Origin: an archaeon
Lineage (GTDB): Archaea; Iainarchaeota; Iainarchaeia; Iainarchaeales; 1-14-0-10-31-34
Direction: 5' to 3'
NCBI GenBank assembly: GCA_043815885.1
Contig: JBDRIL010000031.1
Location: 1-40,009, forward strand
Length of the DNA stretch: 40,009 nucleotides
The position numbers and the translations under genes are program-made. Below the pieces are notes generated by a model, which worked only from the letters and a program-made list of their open reading frames with translations, did not search any database and had not been told where the DNA came from. Positions 6,946-16,915 of the stretch are shown piece by piece (position 1 is the first letter of the stretch; each line of letters opens with the position of its first letter).

Positions 6946-6996
6946 GGAAAATGTATAAGAAGAGTCTGAAGGGACAGGGAAAGGAAGTGAAGTAAA

Positions 6997-7482
6997 ATGG
7001 CAACCAATACTTACACTATTCCATTAAAGCACTTGTTTAAGACTAATAAGGAAAGAAGAGCAAAGAAAGCAATAAGGGAGATAAGAAGGTTTCTTGCAAA
7101 GCATAAGAGGCTGGATGAAGAAAAGATAGTGATTGCTGGAGAGGTAAATAAAGAGGTCTGGAAGAAAGGAATGTACGGGATTCCGAGAAAGATTGAAGTA
7201 GAGTTAATGGAAGAAGAGGAAAAGACAATTGTTTTTTTGAAGGGCGGCAAGGAAGGAAAGGAAAGAGCAAAGAAAAAGAAGGAAGCGGAAACAAGAAAGA
7301 AAAAGGAAACTGAGGAAAAGGCAAAAAAGGGAAAAGATAAAGAGGAAAAAAAGGAAGGAGAAGAAGAGGAAAAAAGGAAGAAAAGAAGGCAAAAGAAAAG
7401 GCAACAAAAGAAGGAATCATTGCTGCAGAAAAGGACAAGAAGAAGCAAAAGAAGGAAATGGCAAAGGAAGGAAAGGGAGTAG
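6997..7482 (+). CDS. rpl31e: 50S ribosomal protein L31e with K/E-rich tail (probable frameshift at A-run 7370-7375, repaired frame would end at 7529)
   Basis: YTIPL...RAKKAIREIRRFLAKH...VNKEVW..G...PRKIEV. Confidence 0.92.
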   Translation: MATNTYTIPLKHLFKTNKERRAKKAIREIRRFLAKHKRLDEEKIVIAGEVNKEVWKKGMYGIPRKIEVELMEEEEKTIVFLKGGKEGKERAKKKKEAETRKKKETEEKAKKGKDKEEKKEGEEEEKRKKRRQKKRQQKKESLLQKRTRRSKRRKWQRKERE

Positions 7483-7525
7483 ATGCAAGAAAGGCACAGA
7501 CCGAAAGACACGATGGCGGAAACAG

Positions 7526-8185
7526 ATGAAGATAAAGAGAAAGAAAATAAAGGGGAGTCCTTTTATTGGAGTCTTTGGCTTGACAACGGAAAGGATTGGA
7601 TTGTTTCCAAGAATGGATAAAAAAGAGAGAAAAAAGATTGAAGATTTTTTGGAAGTAGAAGTAATAGAGACAACGATTGGAAACAGTAATTTGATTGGAG
7701 TGCTTACTGCGGGAAACAAGAAAGGATTTGTGGTGGGAGAGATAGTTGAAAGCGATGAGTTAAGGGCTCTTGAGCAAAAAGGAGTAAATGTAAAGGTTGT
7801 GCCTGGATTGAATGCACTGGGAAATTTGATTGCATTGAATGATTATGGTGGAATCCTGAGCAGGCTTATTCCAAAGGAAACAGCAAGAGAAATAAAGAAT
7901 TTTTTCAAGATTCCATTTATTGATGCAGGGATTGCCAATACAGAGATTGTCGGAAGCTGTATTGCCTGCACGAATAAGGGATTTATTGTGAATCCAGGAG
8001 TAACAAAGAAGGAAATGAATGCAATAAACAAGGTTTTAAAGGTGAAAGGAAGTGCTTCAACAGTGAATTACGGTGACCCATTTGTTTCGAATGGAGTTAT
8101 TGCAAACAGCAAGGCAGTGTTTATCGGGGAACAAACATCAGGGTATGAAATAATCAGGATTGATGATGGATTGGGTGGAGAGTAA
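7526..8185 (+). CDS. eif6: Translation initiation factor 6 (aIF6)
   Basis: GSPFIGVF, TIGNSNLIG, GNLIALND, STVNYG..FVSNG..AN; conserved operon position. Confidence 0.95.
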   Translation: MKIKRKKIKGSPFIGVFGLTTERIGLFPRMDKKERKKIEDFLEVEVIETTIGNSNLIGVLTAGNKKGFVVGEIVESDELRALEQKGVNVKVVPGLNALGNLIALNDYGGILSRLIPKETAREIKNFFKIPFIDAGIANTEIVGSCIACTNKGFIVNPGVTKKEMNAINKVLKVKGSASTVNYGDPFVSNGVIANSKAVFIGEQTSGYEIIRIDDGLGGE

Positions 8186-8394
8186 TGAAAAAGGAAAAAG
8201 AATTGAAGAAAAAAGTCTTTGAGGCAAAGGGAAAACTAGTGAAGAAGGATTTTGAGAGAAGCTTCAGCAAGAAGGTTAGTGCTTTTAATGAAAGGAATGC
8301 AAGGGAACTGGTTTTTTCGCTTTTTGGTTCAAAGAATAAGTTAAAAAGACGGAACATATTAATTAATGAATTAAAGGAAGTAAAGGAGAAATGA
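8185..8394 (+). CDS. rpl18a: 50S ribosomal protein L18Ae/LX
   Basis: FSKKV.A.....ARELVFSLFGSKNKLKRRNI.I; between eif6 and prefoldin. Confidence 0.88.
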   Translation: MKKEKELKKKVFEAKGKLVKKDFERSFSKKVSAFNERNARELVFSLFGSKNKLKRRNILINELKEVKEK

Positions 8395-8846
8395 ATATGG
8401 CTGAAGAAGGAAAGAAAACCATTACTCTCACTGGAGAGCAATTGATTCAGACTATTCAGACTGAAAGAACAAAAATCGATTTAATACAGCAGAGAATTAA
8501 TACAGTTCAAAGAATTTTGACTGAAGCAATACTTGCAATGGATTCCATAAAAGAGTTAACCAAGAAGGGAAACGAGGGAAAGATACTGGTGAATCTGGGT
8601 TCAGGAATCTACGTAAATGCATTAGTGGAAGATGTGAAGAAATTCAAGAGAAGCATGGCAGGAAACATAATATTGGATTCAACTCCAGAAGAAACACTTG
8701 AACAATTGAAGAATCAGAGAGAAAAGGCTGAAAAAAGCCTGAAGGAAATGCAAATAGAACAGCAGAAGATTGCAGAAAACATGAATAAGCTGTCAACTAT
8801 TATTGCTTCCATGCGACAGGAAGCCTTAAGGCAACAGCAAAAGTGA
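8391..8846 (+). CDS. pfdA: Prefoldin alpha subunit
   Basis: Coiled coil, beta hairpins (ILVNLGSGIYVNA), coiled coil; operon context. Confidence 0.9.
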   Translation: MNMAEEGKKTITLTGEQLIQTIQTERTKIDLIQQRINTVQRILTEAILAMDSIKELTKKGNEGKILVNLGSGIYVNALVEDVKKFKRSMAGNIILDSTPEETLEQLKNQREKAEKSLKEMQIEQQKIAENMNKLSTIIASMRQEALRQQQK

Positions 8847-8851
8847 AGTAA

Positions 8852-10066
8852 ATGTTCGATTTCTTGAAAAAGCGGATTAATTCGTTTACTGATAGGATTA
8901 AGGAGAGAGTGGAAGCAAAAGAAGAGATTGCTGAAGAAGTAAAGGAAGAAATCCCGAAAAAAGAAGAAGTTTCTGAGGAAATAACCCCAGAAAAAATTTC
9001 GCCAAAAGAAGAAATTAGGAGAGAAGAAGTTTCTGAAAAAGAAAAGATTGCTGAAGAAGAGGTTCCTGAAAAAGAAATACTTCCTAAAGAAGAGATTGCT
9101 GAAGAGAAAGTAAAAGAAGTGCGACTTGAAGAAGGGATTGGGGAAAGAATTGAAAAGGAACTCAAGGAAAGAAAACCAGAGGCAAGGCTTTCCATTAAAA
9201 CAAGGATAAAGAAAGCGCTGAGAAAGGAAGTCAGTTTAGGGGAAAAAGATGTAAAGGGTTTTTTTGAGGAATTTGAATTAGCCTTGCTTGAGAGTGATGT
9301 GGAACAGGATACAGCAACAGAAATAATAAAGGAAATAAAGAAGGAATTGATTGGAAAAAAGATTAATGCACGAGGGGACATTACAACTGAATTAAAGAAA
9401 GAGATTGCAGTAGTACTGGAAAGAGTAATGAGTGTAGAAAAAATTGATTTATTTGGATTGATTGAGGGAAAAAAGCCTTTTGTAATACTTTTTTTGGGTC
9501 CGAATGGACATGGAAAGACCACTACTATTGCAAAACTGACTCAATTGTTTCAGAAGAAGGGAAAGAGAGTGGTTTTGAGTGCTTCAGATACATTCAGGGC
9601 GGCCTCAATTGAGCAAATAGAGAAGCACGCAGAGAAATTGGGTGTAAGGGTAATAAAGCATAAGTATGGAGCTGATCCAACTGCTGTGGCTTTTGATGCA
9701 GTTAATTCAGCCAAGGCTTCCGGAGCTGAAATAGTTTTAATTGATTCTGCCGGAAGGCAGGAAACAAACGTAAATTTAATGAATGAATTAAAGAAAATAA
9801 ACAGAGTGATTAACCCTGATTTAAAGATTTTTGTTGGGGAGGCAATGTCAGGGAATGCATTACTGGAACAGGCAACGCAATTCAATGAATGGATTGGAAT
9901 AGATGCATTTATTCTAACAAAGATTGATTGTGATGCAAAAGGCGGTACAGGAATTTCATTGCTCTATAAATTAAAGAAACCTATTTTATTTGTTGGGACA
10001 GGACAGGGTTATGGGGATTTAGTGGAATTTACCCCAAGGTTTATAATTGACAGGGTTGTAGATTAA
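8852..10066 (+). CDS. ftsY: SRP receptor FtsY
   Basis: MFDFLK start, acidic repetitive linker, GPNGHGKTTT, DTFRAAS, DSAGR, TKID.DAKGG. Confidence 0.96.
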   Translation: MFDFLKKRINSFTDRIKERVEAKEEIAEEVKEEIPKKEEVSEEITPEKISPKEEIRREEVSEKEKIAEEEVPEKEILPKEEIAEEKVKEVRLEEGIGERIEKELKERKPEARLSIKTRIKKALRKEVSLGEKDVKGFFEEFELALLESDVEQDTATEIIKEIKKELIGKKINARGDITTELKKEIAVVLERVMSVEKIDLFGLIEGKKPFVILFLGPNGHGKTTTIAKLTQLFQKKGKRVVLSASDTFRAASIEQIEKHAEKLGVRVIKHKYGADPTAVAFDAVNSAKASGAEIVLIDSAGRQETNVNLMNELKKINRVINPDLKIFVGEAMSGNALLEQATQFNEWIGIDAFILTKIDCDAKGGTGISLLYKLKKPILFVGTGQGYGDLVEFTPRFIIDRVVD

Positions 10067-10121
10067 TTGCTTTTATATTTAATTCTTTTTCTTTTAAAGA
10101 TAATAAGAAGGCGAATAGAAT

Positions 10122-11462
10122 ATGGCTTTGGGAGAAACGTTAAGGAAGGCAATTGAAAAGCTAAGGACGAGTTCACTGGATAAGGAAACAATAAAGGACG
10201 CAGTGAAGGAAATCCAGAGGGCATTAATTGCTTCTGATGTGGAAGTAGAGGTAGTGTTAAAGTTAAGCAAGAGAATAGAGGAAGCTGCATTCAAGGAACC
10301 CCCAAAAGGAATCAATAAAAGAGAGCACATAATTAAGTTAACGCATGATTATCTGGCGGAATTATTGGGTGGAGAGGTAAAAATTCCAGAGAATCCTAAA
10401 CGGATTTTAATGGTTGGATTGTTTGGAGCAGGAAAAACAACGAGTATTGCAAAACTGGGAAAGTATTATTCAAAGAGAGGAAAGAAGGTTGGAGTGATTT
10501 GTGCTGATACATTTCGTCCGGCAGCATTTGAACAGTTAAAGCAGATTGCAGAGAAAGTGAATGTCCCTTTTTACGGGAATGAAAAGGAAAAGAAGGCTGA
10601 AAAAATAGTAAAGGAAGGGATAGATAAATTTAAGGGATTTGATACAGTCATAGTGGATTCAGCCGGAAGAAGCGCTTTGGATAAGGAATTGGTAAAGGAA
10701 ATAAAGGAAGTGAATTCTGCATTCGAACCTGATTTAATCCTTCTTGTATTGGGGGCAGATATTGGTCAAGTTGCCGGGAAACAGGCAAAAGCATTCCATG
10801 AAGCAGTTGGAGTGAATGGAGTACTGATTACTAAAATGGATGGCTCTGCAAAAGGAGGAGGCGCTCTTGCAGCCTGTGCTGTAACCAAATCGCCAGTGTA
10901 TTTTATTGGAACAGGAGAGAAGTTTGATAATTTAGAGGAATTTAATGCTACAAGGTATTTGAGCAGGATAATGGGTTATGGTGATCTGGAAAGTTTGCTG
11001 GAGAAAGCAAGAGAGGCAGTTGAAGAGGAAGAAATTGATTTAGAGGAATTAATGCAGCAGGAATTCAATCTGGATGTATTTTATAAGCAATTGAAGGCAG
11101 CAAGAAAAATGGGCCCATTGAATAAGGTAATGGAAATGATGGGTTTAAGCATGCAGATCCCAAAGGAGCAGTTGGATGTGGGAGAGGAAAAACTGGAATC
11201 ATTTAAAGTATTAATGGATTCAATGACAAAAAAAGAGAAGATCAATCCTGATTTATTGAATAAGGCAAGGATTGAAAGAATAGCGAAGGGAAGCGGAAAG
11301 AATGAAAAGGATGCAAGGGAATTAATCAAGCATTTCAAGCAGATGCAGAGAATGTGGAAATCATTCAAGAAGTATTCTTCCCCTGATGCACTGCAGAAGA
11401 AAGGAACAATGCAGAAATTAATGAAGCAATTCGGAAAAAAGAAGAAAATGAAGATAAGGTGA
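10122..11462 (+). CDS. srp54: Signal recognition particle protein SRP54
   Basis: GLFGAGKTT, DTFRPAA, DSAGR, TKMDGSAKGGG, Met-rich M domain with RIERIAKGSG. Confidence 0.96.
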   Translation: MALGETLRKAIEKLRTSSLDKETIKDAVKEIQRALIASDVEVEVVLKLSKRIEEAAFKEPPKGINKREHIIKLTHDYLAELLGGEVKIPENPKRILMVGLFGAGKTTSIAKLGKYYSKRGKKVGVICADTFRPAAFEQLKQIAEKVNVPFYGNEKEKKAEKIVKEGIDKFKGFDTVIVDSAGRSALDKELVKEIKEVNSAFEPDLILLVLGADIGQVAGKQAKAFHEAVGVNGVLITKMDGSAKGGGALAACAVTKSPVYFIGTGEKFDNLEEFNATRYLSRIMGYGDLESLLEKAREAVEEEEIDLEELMQQEFNLDVFYKQLKAARKMGPLNKVMEMMGLSMQIPKEQLDVGEEKLESFKVLMDSMTKKEKINPDLLNKARIERIAKGSGKNEKDARELIKHFKQMQRMWKSFKKYSSPDALQKKGTMQKLMKQFGKKKKMKIR

Positions 11463-12004
11463 AAGTTTTATTGATTGTCTCAATTGGTTCAAGGAATCCA
11501 GTAAAGGTTAAAGCTGTAAGGAATGCTTTTGCTAATTATTTCAAGGAAATAGAGGTAAAGGAATTTAGAGTAGAAAGTAAAGTAAGGGAACAGCCATTGA
11601 ATTTAGAGGAAATAGTGAAAGGAGCAAGGAACAGGGCAAAGAAAGTGTTTGAGGAAAGCAGGAGTGATTTTGCTGTAGGAATTGAATCAGGAATCATTGA
11701 ATTTCCTTCTGCAGAGAGCGGGTACATGGAGTTAACCCTTGCAGTAATATTTGATGGAAGGAAGTATTATTTTGGTGCGGCTCCTTTATTTGAATACCCA
11801 AAAAAAGTAATTGAATTGGTTTTAAAGGAAAAAGAAGATATTACTAGTGCATTCAGGAAGAGTTTTGGAACACATAAGGAATTGGGAAAGAAAGAAGGAG
11901 CAATAGGGGTTTTAAGCAAGGGAGTGATTGAAAGAGAGAAGTTTACTGAAATGGCCGTAGTGATGGCTTTAACCGGAATTGTAAGCAAGAAGTTTTTTGA
12001 GTGA
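11459..12004 (+). CDS. yjjX: Inosine/xanthosine triphosphatase (YjjX/DUF84 family)
   Basis: GSRNPVKVKAV, EQP....I.KGARNRA, VGIESGI, GAIGVLS.G...R. Confidence 0.9.
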   Translation: MKVLLIVSIGSRNPVKVKAVRNAFANYFKEIEVKEFRVESKVREQPLNLEEIVKGARNRAKKVFEESRSDFAVGIESGIIEFPSAESGYMELTLAVIFDGRKYYFGAAPLFEYPKKVIELVLKEKEDITSAFRKSFGTHKELGKKEGAIGVLSKGVIEREKFTEMAVVMALTGIVSKKFFE

Positions 12005-12869
12005 AAGGAAAATGTTGGTTCAATTAATGCTTGTAAGGCAATTGGTTTTATTCATTGGGACAGGTATTGGAGCATATACTGATCACAGGACAGGGTTAAT
12101 CTATGATAAAATCACTTATCCAATGATTTTTCTTGGAGTTTTATTTAATTTAATTGAATTGGTTTTTGGAGGATTCACTCTGGAAAATGCAATTAATCTG
12201 TATGGAGTTGGAGTAATTGTATTCCTAATAGGTTACGTCTTATACATAACTGGGAAGCTTGGCGGAGGAGACATAAAATTGTTTACTGGAATGGCTTTCC
12301 TTCTGCCTTTTCAGGGAGAACTATTTCCATTAAATGTTTTTGTACTGCAGGTGTTATTCCTTTCAGCAATAATTGCTGTAACCTTCCTTGGGGTTACTTA
12401 TACTGCAAAGTATTCTTCTATTGGAATTAATTGGAAGGAGAATTTGAGTGGAATAAGGAAGGCAGGGTTTTTGGGGATTGTTTTCATTATTTACTTTGCC
12501 TTCTTTAATCTTTATCCTGTAGCGCCTTCCTTCAGAGTAAACTTTTTGGCTATCCCTATTGTTTTTGCATTGCTCTTTGTTGCATTTGAGAAGGGAATTA
12601 AGAAGAATTTTTTCCTGAAAAAAATTTCCATTGATGCATTGGAGGAGGATGAGGTTATTGCAAGTGAATTTCTGGATGAAAAAATAAAGAAGGAATTGAG
12701 TCTGGGTTTAAAGGGAGTGATCGGAGAAAAGGAAAAAAAGAAATTAATGGAATTAAATGTAAAGGAAGTGCCTGTTTACAGAAACCTTCCAAGGTACGGC
12801 CCTTTCATTTTTATTGGAACAGTAATTGCACTGGTTTTTCCTAATGCGGTTTTATTTTTGTATGCTTAA
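11997..12869 (+). CDS. Prepilin/preflagellin peptidase (A24, FlaK/PibD-like)
   Basis: AYTDHRTGLI and GGGDIKL catalytic aspartates; multiple TM helices; C-terminal P.I motif. Confidence 0.88.
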   Translation: MSERKMLVQLMLVRQLVLFIGTGIGAYTDHRTGLIYDKITYPMIFLGVLFNLIELVFGGFTLENAINLYGVGVIVFLIGYVLYITGKLGGGDIKLFTGMAFLLPFQGELFPLNVFVLQVLFLSAIIAVTFLGVTYTAKYSSIGINWKENLSGIRKAGFLGIVFIIYFAFFNLYPVAPSFRVNFLAIPIVFALLFVAFEKGIKKNFFLKKISIDALEEDEVIASEFLDEKIKKELSLGLKGVIGEKEKKKLMELNVKEVPVYRNLPRYGPFIFIGTVIALVFPNAVLFLYA

Positions 12870-12923
12870 AAACATAAAAGTTTTAAATTAAATGAGGGGA
12901 TAATTGTTCAGGAGGAATTAGAA

Positions 12924-13571
12924 ATGAAGTTCTTTATTGATACTGCGAATATTGAGGAAATAAAAGAGGCTGGCAGTTGGGGAGTGCTGGATGGAGTCAC
13001 CACTAATCCTAGTTTAATGGCTAAAGAGAGCGGAAAGAGTTTTGAGGAAATGGTGAAAGAAATTTGCAGTATTGTTAATGGGCCCATAAGTGTAGAGGAA
13101 ACAAAGGAAAAAGCTGGAGATATTGTGAAGGAGGCTGTAGAGCTTTCAAAGATTCATAAGAATATTGTGGTAAAGGTTCCGATTACAGAGGAAGGATTAA
13201 AGGCAATGAAGGAATTAAGGAAAAAGGGAGTGAAGACTAATTGTACTTTGGTGTTTTCCGCTAACCAGGCTTTAATGGCTGCAAAGGCAGGAGCCAATTA
13301 TGTGAGTGTTTTTGTTGGGAGACTGGATGATATTGGGGAAAATGGAATGGATGTAGTGAGGGAAACAGTTGAATGCTTCAGGAAACAGAATATTAAGGCA
13401 GAAATAATTGTTGCAAGTGTCCGTAACACTGAGCACGTGACTGAGGCAGCAAAGAGCGGGGCAGAGATTGCAACAATCCCTTTTGGGGTAATGAAGGAAA
13501 TGGTAAGACATTCCTTGACTGATGCTGGAATAAAGAAATTCATGGAAGACTGGAAGAAAGTGAAAAAATAG
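12924..13571 (+). CDS. tal: Transaldolase / fructose-6-phosphate aldolase (small type)
   Basis: [40 protein letters not shown]. Confidence 0.93.
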   Translation: MKFFIDTANIEEIKEAGSWGVLDGVTTNPSLMAKESGKSFEEMVKEICSIVNGPISVEETKEKAGDIVKEAVELSKIHKNIVVKVPITEEGLKAMKELRKKGVKTNCTLVFSANQALMAAKAGANYVSVFVGRLDDIGENGMDVVRETVECFRKQNIKAEIIVASVRNTEHVTEAAKSGAEIATIPFGVMKEMVRHSLTDAGIKKFMEDWKKVKK

Positions 13572-13610
13572 GGAAAACTATTTATATTAGATAACTTATT
13601 ATTTAACTGA

Positions 13611-16600
13611 ATGGATAAAAAAATCCTTGTCTTTCCTTTATTGGTTTTAATAGTACTATTATCTATTTCTATTTCTGCTGAAGAACCTCCTCAGGCGCAA
13701 TGCGGGAATGGAGTGTGCGAGAGCGGGGAAGATTACATGAATTGTAATGATTGTGCTGCCCCACAATGCCCAGAAGGACAAATAAGTGGAAGGTGTCAGT
13801 GCGGTTCTGCAACCTATGAGGATGGATACTGCTGTAGTGGAATGTTCAGGCAGGAAGGATGCGGGCCTTTTTGTGGGGATGGGAGCTGTAATGGAGATGA
13901 GATCTGTGAAACCTGTCAGCAGGATTGCGGAATCTGCCAAGCAATTTGTGGGAATGGAATTTGCGAGACTGAAAAAGGGGAAACTTCTGAAAGCTGTAAT
14001 GCTGACTGTGGTTTAACTTGCACAGAAAAAGGGGGGCATATCTGTCCTCAGGAATATGTTTGCCAATACAAGATTGTTGTAACTGATTCAGATAATTGCT
14101 GCCAGGAAGAATGCTTTACAAGCCAGCCAGCGCAATGCGGGAATGGAATTTGTGATGGAGGGGAAAATAATTCAAACTGCCCAAGCGATTGCATAATGGC
14201 ACCACAATTGCAATGCGGGAATAATGTTTGTGAGCAGGGAGAGGACAATGCTAATTGTCCTAATGACTGTGGGGGGGGAACTACCCTTCCTTACTGCTAC
14301 AATGGTCCAATTCCTTCAAATGGTTGTGTTTGCGGCGGAATAAATGAATATTCTGGCTACTGCTGTAATGGCGCACATGAAGAGAATCCTTGTGTTGAAG
14401 TAAAGTGCGGGAATGGATTATGTGAGAGCGGTGGAGGGGAAAACACTCAGTCCTGTCCTCAGGACTGTAATCCTCCTGTTTGCGGTGACGGGAAATGCGC
14501 CTTATATAATGGAGAAAACCAGTACAATTGCGCTCAGGACTGCGCAAAGAAATGCGGCAATGGATTGTGCGAGGAAGGAGAAAACTATTCTTCCTGTCCT
14601 CAGGACTGCCATCAACCGGTTAAGGCAGTTTGTGGGGATGGAATATGTGATTTTGGTTTGGGAGAGAATACAAGTAACTGTGCAAATGACTGCGCCCAGC
14701 AAACAAAATGCGGGAATGGAATATGCGATTATCCCGAAACAAGCCAAAGCTGTCCTTCTGATTGCAAGCCAATAGCCCAATGTGGGGATGGAAGGTGCGA
14801 TTATGGTTTTAAGGAAAATGAAACAAACTGCCCCCAGGACTGTATTAAAGAACATGTTTGTGGGAATAGAGTGTGCGAGCAGGGGGAAACCCCTGAAAAC
14901 TGCCATGATGACTGCATGAAGGGGGAATGCGGAGACAATATGTGCGGATTTGGAGAAGACCCGAACAACTGCCCTCAGGATTGCGGGGCAGTAATGAATT
15001 ATCCAATGAAAGGCGAATGCCCTAACGAGGAATCAATTAAAAAAGTATTAGATATGTGCAAGCAATATGGATTGCAGCCAAACATCAAGATGGCACCAGA
15101 TGGATGTACTTATGCTGAATGCATGGCTTCTGGCTACCAAATTGGTCCAGGACCAATGGACGTACAGGAATGTAATAAAATATTTGACCCTGAAACAGGA
15201 ATGGAAAGAGTTGAGTGCGGTCCGGGGGAAGGATTTGAGTGCAGGCCTGAGCCCCCAGAAATAAAGCAGAGATGTGAAGAACAGGGAGGCACATCAAAAA
15301 CTTCAAAGGACCCTAGAGGATGTACTATAACTATTTGTGAGTTTGGAGGTTATGGGCAATCAATTGAACCCGGTTTCTTTGGCACAGGAGGATGCCCTGC
15401 TCCAGAGGAAATGGAGAAGTTCTCCAGAAAATGTGAAGAGAGCGGTTTGAATCCTGTTATTGAGAGAGGATTTGATGGATGCAATTATATTAAGTGCGGG
15501 GAAATGGGGATAAGTGGAGTAATGTTTGACTGTTCCAAGCCTCCATTGGATGAAGTCAGGAGGATGGAAGCTGAATGCAATGAAAAGGGAGGGAGGTTGG
15601 TTGAATCTTATGATAGTGAGGGCTGCCCAACGCCAAAGTGTGCTTCTCCGAATGAAGAAGGCAGATTTGAGTGTATTGATGTTCCGAAAATAGCTTCCAC
15701 TAGGTGTGGTGAAGCTGGAGGGGAACTAGTTGTAAAAAAGGATGACCAAGGGTGTGTCATGTTTTCAGATTGTGTTATGAGGGGGAGAGAAGAATTTGAG
15801 TTTGGGAGAATTGATGAAATACCTAATCCAACTGAATTGCTTGATCTCGCCATTAAGCTGGAAGAATTAAAAATAGAATTCGATAAACTTGAAAAAAGGG
15901 TTTTGGCTATTGCAGAATACTATGAAAGCGAGGGAAGCACCGAAGATGCAGAGAGAATGAAGCAAGCCAGTTCAATGTTTGCTTCAGCAGAAGCAAAAAT
16001 AGACGAAATCAGGGAAAGCGTAATAGAGATTTCGGATAACCAAGATGAAGGCTCTTTAATTGATATAAAGCAGGACATAAGGCAACTTAAGGAAGTAATC
16101 AAAGACATTGTTTATTTAATGCTTGGGTCGAAGAAAAAAACAGAAGAGGCTCAAGAGAGAGGAGGAGGCGACTGCGGAACTGACGGGGGCTGCTTTGAGA
16201 GGGCTTTAAGGATGTGTTCCAAAGCAACCGTAACACATAATGACATGGGGCAGGAATTCTTCGCTGAAATCATTGGATTAGAGGGGGGAAAGTGCCATTA
16301 CACTATTAAAGTAGCTATGGAGGGAGAAAGAATTTCAATGGACTGCTTTGAAGAAAATTATGCTTTTTCAGAACTTGGACCAGAAAGATTCGAGAAGATT
16401 TGCAAAGGAGAATTGCTTGATTTCATGATGGAGAAGGAGAAAATGATGTCAACAAGGGAAATGGAAGAGGAAAGAACTTATGCGCCAGATGGTTCAGGAA
16501 CGGAAAGAGGCTATGAGCCTTATGAACCAATGCCAATGCAAGCCCCTCAAAAACCAATGGAACCAAAAATCCCGCAGGAAATTGGGGGTCAGTGCAGAGA

Positions 16601-16718
16601 AATAGTTGACCAGATAACAGGACAAAGGTATATGGCCTGCCCTATCAATACAAAGGAAAAAATTGCTCAAGCTAATCCATTCACTGGATTTGTTACTGGA
16701 TTTAGAGTGTGGAGGTAA
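13611..16718 (+). CDS. Large secreted cysteine-rich repeat protein
   Basis: Signal peptide; 13 CG(N/D)xxC...E...CxxDC repeats; five GCxxxxC-type repeats; ~110-aa coiled coil; TTTATA box at 13581-13586 suggests a leaderless mRNA. Confidence 0.88.
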   Translation: MDKKILVFPLLVLIVLLSISISAEEPPQAQCGNGVCESGEDYMNCNDCAAPQCPEGQISGRCQCGSATYEDGYCCSGMFRQEGCGPFCGDGSCNGDEICETCQQDCGICQAICGNGICETEKGETSESCNADCGLTCTEKGGHICPQEYVCQYKIVVTDSDNCCQEECFTSQPAQCGNGICDGGENNSNCPSDCIMAPQLQCGNNVCEQGEDNANCPNDCGGGTTLPYCYNGPIPSNGCVCGGINEYSGYCCNGAHEENPCVEVKCGNGLCESGGGENTQSCPQDCNPPVCGDGKCALYNGENQYNCAQDCAKKCGNGLCEEGENYSSCPQDCHQPVKAVCGDGICDFGLGENTSNCANDCAQQTKCGNGICDYPETSQSCPSDCKPIAQCGDGRCDYGFKENETNCPQDCIKEHVCGNRVCEQGETPENCHDDCMKGECGDNMCGFGEDPNNCPQDCGAVMNYPMKGECPNEESIKKVLDMCKQYGLQPNIKMAPDGCTYAECMASGYQIGPGPMDVQECNKIFDPETGMERVECGPGEGFECRPEPPEIKQRCEEQGGTSKTSKDPRGCTITICEFGGYGQSIEPGFFGTGGCPAPEEMEKFSRKCEESGLNPVIERGFDGCNYIKCGEMGISGVMFDCSKPPLDEVRRMEAECNEKGGRLVESYDSEGCPTPKCASPNEEGRFECIDVPKIASTRCGEAGGELVVKKDDQGCVMFSDCVMRGREEFEFGRIDEIPNPTELLDLAIKLEELKIEFDKLEKRVLAIAEYYESEGSTEDAERMKQASSMFASAEAKIDEIRESVIEISDNQDEGSLIDIKQDIRQLKEVIKDIVYLMLGSKKKTEEAQERGGGDCGTDGGCFERALRMCSKATVTHNDMGQEFFAEIIGLEGGKCHYTIKVAMEGERISMDCFEENYAFSELGPERFEKICKGELLDFMMEKEKMMSTREMEEERTYAPDGSGTERGYEPYEPMPMQAPQKPMEPKIPQEIGGQCREIVDQITGQRYMACPINTKEKIAQANPFTGFVTGFRVWR

Positions 16719-16915
16719 TGGGATTGAATAAAGTATTTGTTTTGGGTTTTATTGTTTTAATTCTTTTTCTTTTGGTTGGATGCATTAGTCAGCCTGAAGC
16801 CCCGGAAGACAAGATTACTTCAAGGGAAGAGGCGAATGAAGCTTTAACTGATATCAGTAAAGACATAAAGGGGATAGAAGGAACCTTAGATGAAATTGAT
16901 GAGGATTTAGGTTAA
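16718..16915 (+). CDS. Small lipoprotein-like protein with acidic helical tail
   Basis: ATG overlaps the upstream TAA; hydrophobic stretch ends in lipobox LVGC. Confidence 0.7.
   Translation: MGLNKVFVLGFIVLILFLLVGCISQPEAPEDKITSREEANEALTDISKDIKGIEGTLDEIDEDLG

Noticed and set aside
8910..9125. Direct repeats such as AAAGAAGAGATTGCTGAAGA in ftsY
   Set aside because: They encode the acidic low-complexity linker common in FtsY; not a CRISPR array or mobile repeat.
13698..14990. Recurring TGCGGGAATGGA-like units as a CRISPR array or DGR template/variable repeats
   Set aside because: Units are in-frame protein repeats with synonymous variation; no cas gene or reverse transcriptase is present, and differences are not adenine-specific.
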